Below, piece by piece: positions 52,872-64,000 of a stretch of 64,000 nucleotides of DNA. Location of the stretch: assembly GCA_000004695.1 (NCBI GenBank), contig CM000153.2:3808001-3872000 (forward strand). Reading direction: 5' to 3'. The notes below the pieces were generated by a model. The model was not told the origin of the DNA. It was given only the letters and a program-made list of their open reading frames with translations, and did not search any database. Both the position numbers and the translations under genes were made by a program. This stretch comes from Dictyostelium discoideum. Lineage: Eukaryota. Within the stretch, counting starts at the first letter, position 1; each line of letters starts with the position of its first letter.

Positions 52872-53548
52872 AAAAAAATTTTCAATACCCAAATTTAAAT
52901 AAATATTTTAAATGTAGTTTTTTTTATTAATTATTGTTGGTTTTTTTTTTTTTTACCAATATTAAAAAAAGATAAATCTTTTTGACTAGAATTGGGAGAA
53001 ATAAATAGATAATTAAAGTAGTATCTATGTAAAATTGTTATGGGGTTTTTTATTTAAAATTTCATTTATTAAATCTTACAAATTATTTATTTAATTCATA
53101 ATATTGGTGTTAAAAATAATTGAATATGTTATTACCCCATTATTCGCTTAAACAATCATACGGTAAATTATAATTATTACACAGTTATGGGGTATTAAAA
53201 TTAATTTTTTTTTTTTTTTTTTTTTTTTCATTTATAAATATCCAAAAAAATAAATAAATTATATGATCATAATCTTTAACATTTATTTTATTTTTTATTA
53301 TTTTTTTAAACTAATATTTTTTTTAATTAATTATTTTTATTATTATTAATATATTTAATTACAGTGTGTGTGAATGCGTATTGAAGGATAGATTTTGTTT
53401 ATAAAAAAATAAAAAATAAAAAATAATGGTGCTAATACTGTGGAAATACCACCTTTTTTAAAAAAAAAAATATAATGTAGGTGGTAAATAAAAAAAAAAA
53501 ATGTGTGATCAAAGTTTTTATTTTATATTTTTGAATTTAAATTTATAA

Positions 53549-56500
53549 CTACAATCCAAATCTTTTGATTTTTTTGGTATTTGATTTGTTACCACTACTG
53601 TTATTATTATTACTATTATTGGTACTGGGTGTAGAATTTGTGATTAATGAAGATTTTTTATTATCAAAATTAATATTATTATTTATATTAGTTGTAGTAT
53701 TAGTAGTAGTTGTAGTGGTGGTAGAAGTTTGATTTACTTTTATAGTACCTTTTTCTTTAGCATTAATAATATTACTATTATCAATATTATTGTTATTATT
53801 ATTATTATTGATATTATCATTAATTTTATCTTTAATTGGATCTAATTTTCTTTTTTTATCTTTTAATGATTTTTTGATTGAGAAAAACATTGGACCCATT
53901 TCAGCTAACCAATTTGGGTCAACAGCGGTTACAATTTGCATATATTCTTTTGAGGTCATAACTAATTCATGGTAGACAATATAGTCGGGAGCATAACCAA
54001 GACCATAGAGTGCACTTGTTGGATGAAGGAAACATGGCATACCATTTCTCATGTTTACATATTCACCAATACCTTTAATCTTTGCAGAATGATGAAAGTA
54101 AGAAGAAGTGATAGCCTTTCTAATGATATCCCAATTTGAACCACATGATTCAACCTTCATATCATGTTGTACCATAATATCCAAGAGTTGACCACGAACC
54201 TCTCTAACTTTTCTCATTGCTTTAATGTGAATATAATGTTCAGCACACCATTGTGAGCTATAGTTGTTGATTTTCCATTGTTGATAAACATGTAACAATG
54301 TTAGATGATCGGATTCTGGAACAAAGAATTTCTCTCTTGAGGCATCACTCTCTTCTTCAGCACCTTTAGGTCTATAGAAAACTGATGGCATTGATAACAT
54401 ACTAACGATTGTAACTATATCTTGACCACACCCCAATTGCTCTGCAACTATAACCATTTTCGATAGTGGTGGATCCAATGGAAATTCCGACATTCTCTTA
54501 CCCAATGGTGTGATTTGACCTTGATCATCCAATGCTCCCAATACCCAAAGTTGATACATTGAATTCAAAATATTATCTTGTGGTGGTGGATCCATAAAAT
54601 CAAAATCCAATAAATTCTTTACACCCATTGATTTAAGATTCAATACTACATTACCAAGATTTGTACGTTGAATTTCTGGTATATTATTATCCATCAATTC
54701 ATATTTAAAAGCGGATTCAGTGTATAATCTATAACATCTACCAGGACCAGTACGACCAGCTCTACCTGAACGTTGATTTGCATTTGCCTTACTGATGGGT
54801 GTGACTTGTAATGAATCCATACCAACTCTTGGATTGTAAACTTTTAATTTACAATAACCAGTATCGATAACATAGAGAATACCATCGACAGTCAATGAAG
54901 TCTCTGCAATATTTGTGGCGATAATACATTTCCTAGAGCCATTATCTGCTTTTTCAAAGATTTTAGCTTGCATATCTGATGGTAATTGAGAGTAAATTGG
55001 TAACAATGTTAATGGTGGTGCTTGTGGTCCCAATTGTTTAATTCTTTCTTCAACGGTTGCACAAGTGGTTTCAATATCTTCTTGACCAGTCATAAACACC
55101 AGTATATCACCAACACCCTGAGTCACATGTATTGATAGAATTTGTTTAACTGCTGAATCAACATAATCTTCACATGGGGTTTTACTCCAAAGTACATCGA
55201 CTGGAAAAGTTCTACCTGGTATAGTGAATACGGGTACATCACCGAAAAACATTGAAAACTTTTTACTATCCATTGTTGCAGATGTTACAATTAATTTCAT
55301 ATCATATCTTCTTGACATTACCTTTTTTAAAATACCAAATAACACATCAGTATTTAATGAACGTTCATGTGCTTCATCCATAATGATTGCAGAGTATTTA
55401 TCCAAGTTTGGGTCATTAAATGACTCTCTTAATAAAATACCATCAGTCATATATTTAATTGCAGTTTCATTGGATGTACAATCTTCAAAACGAATTGAAT
55501 AACCAACTTCATTACCTAAAGTAACAGACATCTCTTCACTTACACGCTTTGCCACACTAACTGCAGCAACCCTTCTTGGTTGGGTACATCCAATTTTTCC
55601 AAATTTTGAATAGCCATCTTCATATAGATATTGAACCAATTGAGTGGTTTTACCTGAACCAGTCTCACCAACTATAATGATTACATTATTCTCTCTAATG
55701 ATCTTCATTAAATCATTTCTACAACCAAATATTGGTAAAAATTCACGTTGTTCTTTTATTGTTTTGGTTTTTGAGAATTCACTTGACCCTTCAGTTGGTT
55801 TATTTGGTGTTAAATGGGATGCAAATTGTGATTGTGCTTTATAATTTAAAACTTCACCGGTTTCTTTATCAATTTGCTCACCACCACCACCGCCATTGGC
55901 TAATTGCTGTTCTTTTTCTTTTTCATCCTCACTCTTTATACCCATAATTTTACCAATTGCCGTACCACCCAACTCCCAAACTTTCTTTTGACTTTTTATT
56001 CGGTCACGTTTCTCTCTAAACTCTTTCATTAATGCACTACCTTTTCTTGAAATAACAGCCATATCAGAAGTTGGATCTTTAACGGTTTGAACGGCACGTT
56101 GCTGTTTGGTTAACACTTGATGACCATCTAAAAAAGGTGGAATTGTATTATGAACTAAAAGATTAACTCTATTCTCATCATCTTCTTGTAAATGATCCAA
56201 ATCGATTTCATTTTGTAATATTACACCACTTTGCATTAATCTATTGGTTTCCCATCTTGAATTATCCTCATTCATTTGATTTTGTTTTGCTGTTACTTTT
56301 TTCTTTTGTGATCTTGTGAATTCTTCTTCCATCTTTTTAAATTTCTTTTCATCACCTAAAAATACACTATCAGCATTACTACTATCAAAAACACCACCTT
56401 CACCTTCATCTGCATCATAATATCCTCTATCAAATTCTTCTTCTTCATATTCTTCTTCTTTTAAATGTGGTTTTTTATTATTATTATTATTATTTTGATT

Positions 56501-57399
56501 ATTTTGATTATTTCTACCTGACCATGAATTATAATTATGAGATGGTGTTCTTTGTGGAGTGTCATATGGTCTGTTATTATTATTTCTATTATTTTGTTGT
56601 TGTTGTTTTTGTTGTTGATTATATCTACTTGGTGTTTGATCATTATCTCTATTTCTTTGAGGTGTATCAAAAGGTCTATTATCACCACCACCTCTATCGA
56701 TATCACCTTTTCTATAATCATTTCTATTTATACTTCTATCGTCCCTTTTATATGATGGATCTCTATTTGAATCTCTTGATGGTGTTTGATCATTATATCT
56801 TCTTTGTGGAGTTTCAGAGTTTTTATTAAAATCCTCACCTCTCCTATATGATGAACTTCTGTCATCTCTTTTATAATCTTCTCTATTGCTACTTCTATCA
56901 TCCCTTCTATAATCATCCCTATTACTACTACTACTACTACTTTTATCATCCCTTCTATAATCATCTCTCCTATTACTACTACCACTTCTATCATCTCTTC
57001 TATAATCATCTCTATTACTACTTCTATCATCTCTTCTATAATCATCTCTATTACTGCTCCTATCATCTCGTCTATCATATGATGATGAAGAAGAAGAAGA
57101 AGAATTTCTTTCATAATCATTTGAACGAATTGGTGTTGATTTTATCTGTCTATAATGTTTTTCAGGTTTTTTGAATGAAGATTCATCATTATCATTATAA
57201 TTATCATTATTACTATCGTCATCATTATTAAATCTATCTAATAATTCTTTTCTTCTTTTCTCTTCTTGTTCTTCTCTTTTTTCTTTTGCTAAAATATCTA
57301 AACCTAAAACTGATTTTTTCACTTGTGGTATTTTAAATTGTTCCTGTAATAAAAGTTATTGTTTCTTTTGTTAATATTAATAAACTCTAAATATTAAAG

Positions 57400-57431
<32 letters not shown>

Positions 57432-57824
57432 ATTTTTATTTTTATTTTTACCTACATCATTATTTGTTGAATTTTTTCTTGTAATTAAACCGCCTTTCAT
57501 AGTTTCTGCTAATGGTTGATTTGATTGAGTTGTTGTTGACGTATCTTTTGTAAAAGATAATGAAGTTCTTTCACCACTACTACTATTATTACTTTCATTT
57601 TTATTTGTTGATTTTTTAACTTTATCATAAATATCATCAATTATATAATCATCAGGTTTAATACCATATTGAGCACATGATTTTATAAATTGTTCTTTAT
57701 TATTGGATCTAATAACTTCATTAAAAATTCTTAATGCAAGTGTTTGATTTGTTGTTGGTAATTTTAATGATTTTGATACTTTTTCTCCAATATCTTGTAT
57801 TAAATCCCTATCAACATTATCCAT
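53549..57824 (-). CDS. Pre-mRNA-splicing DEAH-box ATP-dependent RNA helicase PRP16 / DHX38 ortholog, 2 exons (N-terminal exon previously looks like an independent small ORF)
   Basis: Exon 1 is 57456..57824 ([21 protein letters not shown]...NSTNND), with donor GTAGGT at 57455-57450 and phase 0. Exon 2 is 53549..57343 ([25 protein letters not shown]...), with acceptor ttattacAG at 57345-57344. The exon-2 ORF has no ATG; the track starts it at a GTG. It aligns with human DHX38 from [21 protein letters not shown] through NEDNERWETNRM, LVHNxxPPFLDG, [20 protein letters not shown] and [12 protein letters not shown] to the C-terminal RFGL. The R/D/S/Y-rich low-complexity region sits at 56400-57150. 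About 1387 aa. Confidence 0.85.
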
Positions 57825-58186
57825 TTTTAATATATATACATATAAATATTATTTATATTATTTGTATTTGTTTTTTCAGTTGATAATTTTTCAAAAATTG
57901 AAAAAACAAGTAAAATATCAGATTTTTGAAGGGTCTTTTTTTTTTTTTTTTTTTTTTTTAATTAACGAAATTGTTACAGATGTGGAATATTTTTTTTTTA
58001 ATTTTTTGGACTTTTAAAGAATTTTCACTTTTTTTTTTAATTTTAATTTTTTTTTTTTTTTTTTTTTTCTTCATTCCCATTTTTTATTTTTACTTTTTTT
58101 TTTATTTTTTAAATTAAATAACAAACAAAAATAAATTTATATTTTTTTAATGTGTATTTGTATAATAAAATAAATATTATAAAATT
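57825..58186. promoter_or_regulatory. Short (362 bp) bidirectional intergenic region between the divergent start codons of the PRP16/DHX38 and PRP2/DHX16 helicase genes
   Basis: The PRP16 exon-1 ATG is at 57824 (minus) and the PRP2 ATG at 58187 (plus). The spacer is AT-only with T-runs on both strands (T24 at 57937-57960, T20 at 58050-58069), as typically precede dictyostelid transcription starts. Confidence 0.4.
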
Positions 58187-61100
58187 ATGAGTAGTAATAA
58201 TGAATCAATAAAGAATTGGGTATCAGATAAGATTTTCGATATCTTGGGATATCGTGAATCTACAATGGTTGATTATATAATTGCATTATCGAAAAAAGCA
58301 AAAGATGTAAATTCATTTATATCAACATTAACAGAACAAGATTTTCCAATAAATTCCAATACAAAATCATTTGCTCAAGAGTTATTAAATAAATCACAAC
58401 AAAAAATTCAAAATATAACTTCTTCATCTTCTTCATCTTCTTCAACTTCATTATCATCATCATCATCATCAAAAGATAAAGAAAAAGAAAAAATTGAATT
58501 TTTAAAAAAGAATAAATCATATAAATTAGTTATTGATCATGATGATGATATTGTAAATAGTAGTGGAAGTAGCGATAGTGATAGCGATAGTGAAAGAAAA
58601 AGAAAAAAAAAAGAAAAAAAAAAAGAAAAAAAAGATAAAAAAGATAAAAAAGATAAAAAATCATCAACAAGAAAGAAATCTGATAATAATTGGGATGATG
58701 AAATTGAACCTGAACCAATTAAACCCAATGAAAAAGAAGATGAAAATAATAATAATGAAAATAATGATAATAATAATGACAATAATAATTTACAAAAAAG
58801 GCAACCATATAAATCAATAATTGAAGAAGAAAATAATAATGATAATAATAATAATAATGGAGAGGAGGATGAATATGAAAGAGAACAAAGAGAAGTTAAA
58901 GAATTAAGTGATAGAATAAAGAAAAGAGATGAAAAATCAACTAAAAAGAAAATAGTTGATGATTCAGAAACTAAAGAATCAATTGAAAGAAAGAATAGAT
59001 TAGAACAAAATGAACAATTAGAAACTGAAAGAACTAAATCTCGTAGAAAATATTTAGTTGGTGAAGAACAAAAACGATTAATCCTCTTAAAGAGAGAGAT
59101 TGAAGAAGAGTATGAATTATTTAAAGATCAAAAATTAACAGAACAAGAGATTAAAGATTTTGAAAAAAAGAAAAAATTATATGAATTAGCAAGTCAACGT
59201 ATAAATGAATCACAACAATCTGATGACTATTATCAATTACCTTCAGAAATTAAAGATAAAGATTCATTATTAAAATCATCATATATTAATGATAATAAAA
59301 ATAAAAAAGGTAATGACTCGTCATCATCGTCATCATACAATCCAGAACAAAAAGAATGGGAACAAAATAGAATGAAATCAGCAATTTCAGAGAATAGAGG
59401 ATTATCAACAGCCAATATTGGTGGTGGTAATGAAGAGTATGAATATGTATTTGAGGATCAAATTGAATTTATTAAAGAGGAAGTATTAAAGCAAGGACAG
59501 AAGGGTGATGGTGTAATGATATTGAAACCTGGTGATGATGGGTCAGCACAAGCAAAGATGACAATTCAAGAGGTTAGAAAATCATTACCAGTTTATCCAT
59601 ATCGTGAACAATTGATTGATGCAGTCAGGGAATATCAAGTTTTGATTATAGTTGGAGAGACAGGATCTGGTAAAACCACACAAATTCCACAATATTTACA
59701 TGAAGCTGGTTTTTCAAAAACTGGTAAAATCGGATGTACCCAACCAAGAAGAGTTGCTGCCATGAGTGTTGCAGCTAGAGTAGCAGAAGAGGTGGGTTGC
59801 AAATTAGGTAATGAAGTTGGTTATTCAATTCGTTTCGAAGATTGTACATCACAGAAAACAGTTTTGCAATATATGACCGATGGTATGTTGGTGAGGGAAT
59901 TCTTAACCGCACCTGATTTGGCAAGTTACTCTGTATTGATCATTGATGAAGCCCATGAGCGTACACTTCATACTGATATTCTATTTGGACTGTTGAAAGA
60001 TATCACAAGATTTAGACCCGATCTCAAGTTGTTGATCTCATCTGCAACAATGGATGCTGAAAGATTCTCTGATTATTTCGATGGTGCGCCAACTTTTAAT
60101 ATTCCAGGAAGAAAATATGAAGTTACCACTCATTACACTCAAGCACCCGAAGCCGATTATTTAGATGCAGCGGTTGTAACAGTACTTCAAATTCATATCA
60201 CTGAACCTCTAGGTGACATTTTAGTGTTTTTAACGGGTCAAGAAGAAGTTGATCAAGCCGCTGAGATGTTGCAAACTAGAACCAGAGGATTGGGTACGAA
60301 AATAAAGGAATTAATTATCACTAGAATCTATTCAACACTTCCAACCGATTTACAAGCTAAAATCTTTGAACCAACACCACCAAATGCAAGAAAAGTAGTA
60401 TTGGCAACCAATATCGCCGAGACTTCTTTGACAATTGATGGTATTATCTATGTGATTGATCCAGGATTTTGTAAACAGAAAATGTTTAATCCACGTACTG
60501 GTATGGAATCATTGGTGATTACACCAGTAAGTAGAGCATCAGCCAATCAAAGAAAAGGAAGAGCTGGTCGTGTTGCACCTGGTAAATGTTTTAGATTATT
60601 CACTGCTTGGGCATTTGATAATGAATTAGAGGAGAATACAATTCCAGAGATACAGCGAACAAATTTAGGTAATGTTGTATTGCTGTTGAAATCAATGGGT
60701 ATCAATGATTTAATGAATTTCGATTTCATGGATCCGCCACCTGCTCAAACTTTAATCGCTGCATTGGAACAACTTTATGCATTGGGTGCTTTGAATGATC
60801 GTGGTCAGTTGACAAAATTGGGTAGAAAAATGGCTGAATTTCCAGTGGATCCACAATTATCAAAAATGATCATCGCAAGTGAAAAATATAAATGTAGTGA
60901 AGAGATTCTTACAATTTGTGCAATGTTAAGTGTTGGTAATACCATTTTCTACAGACCAAAGGATAAAGCATTTGCTGCTGATGCCGCTAGGAAATTGTTT
61001 TTCCATCCACAAGGTGACCATTTAACATTGATGAATGTCTTCAATCAATGGCGTGAATCAGGTTATGCCGTTCAATGGTGTTTTGAAAATTTCATTCAAC

Positions 61101-61498
61101 ATCGTTCAATGAAACGTGCTCAAGATGTTAGGGATCAATTGGAGCTATTATTAGAACGTGTTGAAATTCCATTGGTTTCAAATGTTGACGATACAGATTC
61201 CATTAGAAAATGTATAGCCTCTGGTTTCTTTTATAACTCTGCAAAATTAGAGAAATCAGGTTTATTTAGAACTACAAAACATAATCAAAGTGTTCAAATT
61301 CATCCCTCTTCTTGTTTATTTCAATCACCTCCGAAATGGGTTGTCTATCATGAATTGGTTTTAACTACTAAAGAATTTATGAGACAAATTGTTGAAATTC
61401 AATCTTCTTGGCTTCATGAAATTGCTCCTCATATTTATAAAGAAAAAGATGTAAATGATAATCAAAAATTACCAAAAAATATTGGTAAAAAACAAATT

Positions 61499-61507
<9 letters not shown>
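58187..61507 (+). CDS. Pre-mRNA-splicing DEAH-box ATP-dependent RNA helicase PRP2 / DHX16 ortholog
   Basis: Single 1106-codon ORF. The N-terminus [28 protein letters not shown] matches the DHX16 start ([25 protein letters not shown]). The helicase core is nearly collinear with human DHX16: [81 protein letters not shown] and [13 protein letters not shown]. Confidence 0.9.
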
Positions 61508-61542
<35 letters not shown>

Positions 61543-62187
61543 ATTTTTATTTTTTTTTTTTTTTCCCAAAATAAAAAAAGAATTTTTTTTTTTTATTATT
61601 ATTAAAAAAAAAGAATCAAACAATTCAAAGTAATCAATTGGGTTTATTAAAAAAATTTATTGATTTTTGGATCTTTTATTAAAAAAAAAAAAAAAAGGGA
61701 AAAAAAGTTGGGTTTGTCAACAATTGGACGTTTTTGTTTTGTTGAATCAAAAATCTTTTTTTTTTTTTGTCGTTTTTTTTTTATTTTTTTTTTTTGATAA
61801 TTTTATTTTTTTTTTTTGATAATTTTATTTTTTTATTTTTTTCATTTTTTCAAAGAAATCATTTGATAATTACAAAGCCATAAAAAATGCAAAAATAAAA
61901 AAAAAAATTTTATGAAAAAAAATAAAAAAATAAAAAAAAAAAATAAAAAAATAAAAAAAAAAAAAAAACACAACTTTTATTTTTAGTACAACAACTAAAA
62001 AAGACTTTTAAATTATTTAAACATAAAAAAAAATCATTAAAAAAAACAAAGTTTTGTACAATACTATTTATTTATTCACTGTTGTAATATAGAAAAAAAT
62101 ATTTATTTATAGAATTAAAAAAAAAAAAAAAAAAAAATTGTAAGTGATCTTAAAAAAAAAAAAAAAAAAATAATAATAATAATAATA

Positions 62188-62223
<36 letters not shown>

Positions 62224-62920
62224 AATAAAATAAAATAAAATAAAATTTATCATTTAATTATTTGAATTGAATCAAAATAAATTAAATAAAAATAAATAAA
62301 TAAATAAAACAAAAATTCAACCCCTCTATCATGTTTTAGTTGGTGTTATTGTATCATTTTTGTGTTTTTTTTTTTTTTTATTTTTTGAAAATAATCACCA
62401 CAACCCAATATTAGCACCTCATCGAAAAAACAAACCATATCAAAAAAAAAAAAAAAAAAAGGAAAAAAAAAAAAAGGAAAAAAAAAAAAATAGAAAAAAA
62501 AAAAAATAGAAAAAAAAAATAGAAAAAAAAAATAATATTGTTAGATGTAACACACTCAAAAACCAATTTAACACACTCAAACCCATTTATTAATATTTTT
62601 AATTTATTTTTATTTTCCAATTTTTTTTTCTTTTTTTTTTTTAATTATTACTTTTTTTTTTTTTTTTTTTAATCATCATCAATTGTTAAAATATTATTAT
62701 TATTTTTTTTTTCAACTGATAAATTATATTATTTATTTATTTATTTTTTACATTTAAATATTAACAATAAAAAAAACAAATTCTACATATTTTTATTTTT
62801 TTCATAGCAATAAATTAGTCAACTTTTTTTAAAAATTTAAAAAAGGTATATAAAAAAAAAAAAACTCAAAAATCCAAAAATAACCAAATTTAAAAAGAAA
62901 TAAAATAAAAAAATAAAAAA

Positions 62921-63030
62921 ATGGATGAAGTATTAGAAATGATTGCTGATGCAGTTTCCTCATTGGTTGTTGCAATCACAGATAGTGAAGAGAAAAATAC
63001 TCTTTTTGGTGTATGTATAAAATAAGAAGA

Positions 63031-63070
<40 letters not shown>

Positions 63071-64000
63071 TAACAATTAATATTAATTTATTAATTTATT
63101 TAATTTATTTATTTTATTATTATTATTATAATATAGGATATGGTACCAGGTGTTGAATTAATTCAACAAGCAGTTAATGGAATGGCAGAAGCAGCAGAGG
63201 AAACAGTATCATTAATTGATGAAGAGTTTATTGGACAATTAGAGAGTACATCAAAACAATTAAAGAATTCAGCAGGTCAATTATATGTTCATGCAGTTCG
63301 TGCAAGAGAAGATCCATGGAATAGAGTACCACAAAAGGATGCAATTAAAGCAGCCAAACAAATTCTTCAAAATGTTGTATTATTGGTATTGATTGAAGAG
63401 CAATCAAACATTAAGGTATTGGTAAACATTGCAAAGAAAGCAGCTGAAGGTGTAAGAAGAATCGATGAGATTGAAAATATTAAGCAATTGGATGTTATGA
63501 TTGGTGACGTAAATCAATTACAAAATGAATTGGTTAAAAGATCACAACGTCGTTCAGAGGGTAGCCACAATCCAGAGCTACGTTCAAAACTTGAAGATAT
63601 CGCCACAATGGTAAACATACTCTCTGAACAACATCAAGCAAGTGCTCGTGATGTTTGTAGAAATCCAAGAGAGGAAACCCTAAGATCAAAACGTTCAGAA
63701 CTTTCAAGTAAATTATTATCAGCAATCGATGATTTAATCTACACTATTAAATTGATTTTCGAGAATAATACAAAATTCGTTGATCTCGCTTTCAAATGGA
63801 AACCAGTTCGTACAATGGCTGAAGATGAAGTTACTCGTGCCTCCGCTGTTCTTATTGATAATCTTCGTACACTTCCAAAATCAATTGAGGCTGGTAATGG
63901 TCCAGCAGCAGCTAGAGAGATTGTCAATGCTGCAAACTTACAAATTTCAAATGCAATCATCGTTGCAAATCGTTGTCAAGATCCAGTTAAAAAGAAAATG
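62921..64000 (+). CDS. Vinculin/alpha-catenin family protein, N-terminal part (gene continues beyond window end), at least 2 exons
   Basis: Exon 1 is 62921..63010 (MDEVLEMIADAVSSLVVAITDSEEKNTLFG), with donor GTATGT at 63011. The AT-rich intron is 63011..63136. Exon 2 runs from 63137 to at least 64000, in frame to the window edge (DMVPGVELIQQAVNGMAEAAEETVSLIDEEF...VLLVLIEEQSNIKVLVNIAKKAAEGVRRIDEIENIKQLD...). The helical-bundle pattern resembles the vinculin/alpha-catenin N-terminal D1 region. Comparatively GC-rich, expression-optimised codons. Confidence 0.6.

Noticed and set aside
56461-57174. ORFs 56461..56721, 56467..56829, 56537..56755, 56728..57120, 56848..57174 in the PRP16 N-terminal region
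   Set aside because: They are alternative-frame or antisense readings of the ([12 protein letters not shown]) repeat DNA. The sense frame is continuous with the conserved helicase core.
57387-57824. ORF 57387..57824 as an independent 145-aa gene
   Set aside because: Its C-terminal 22 residues ([21 protein letters not shown]) read through an oligo(dA) tract. A phase-compatible donor (GTAGGT) inside it joins precisely to the otherwise ATG-less PRP16 ORF. It is therefore reinterpreted as PRP16 exon 1.

Overview
The window is eukaryotic nuclear DNA and looks dictyostelid (Dictyostelium discoideum-like). It is extremely AT-rich, with long pure AAT/ATT and CAA triplet tracts encoding poly-N and poly-Q, oligo(dA)/(dT) runs in every intergenic spacer, and short AT-rich introns with GTAAGT-like donors and (T)nAG acceptors. 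Genes are compact, about one per 2.6 kb. The six-frame ORF track needs eukaryotic interpretation: many of its ORFs are antisense low-complexity artefacts, and several real genes are split over two or three exons. I reconstruct 24 protein-coding genes. These are the 3' end of an unidentified gene, two tandem class-I SAM-methyltransferase paralogs, an OTUD5-like OTU deubiquitinase, a Siw14/PFA-DSP-type phosphatase, a LIM-domain protein with a very large E/R/K-rich helical repeat region, a large ankyrin-like hypothetical, a RhoGAP, a small acidic poly-N protein, a TIP41-like protein, an SMP-domain (Mmm1/Nvj2-like) lipid-transfer protein, a Ser/Cys-rich secreted GPI-type protein, a Slp1/SUCO-type SUN-domain membrane protein, a 4'-phosphopantetheinyl transferase, a RING/B-box/coiled-coil/Kelch TRIM-like protein, a small frame-discontinuous gene, replication factor C large subunit RFC1, an ARC5/DRP5B-clade dynamin-like protein, an F-box/LRR protein, the COMPASS subunit RBBP5/Swd1 ortholog, a small secreted protein, the spliceosomal DEAH helicases PRP16/DHX38 and PRP2/DHX16 arranged head-to-head, and the 5' part of a vinculin/alpha-catenin family gene. 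No rRNA, tRNA, transposon or CRISPR signal is visible. No prokaryote-style accessory island or novel defence system is present. The notable items are gene-structure and repeat phenomena, listed under findings. All homology calls rest on recognising conserved motifs in the translations by eye; exon boundaries are sequence-based inference and need cDNA support.
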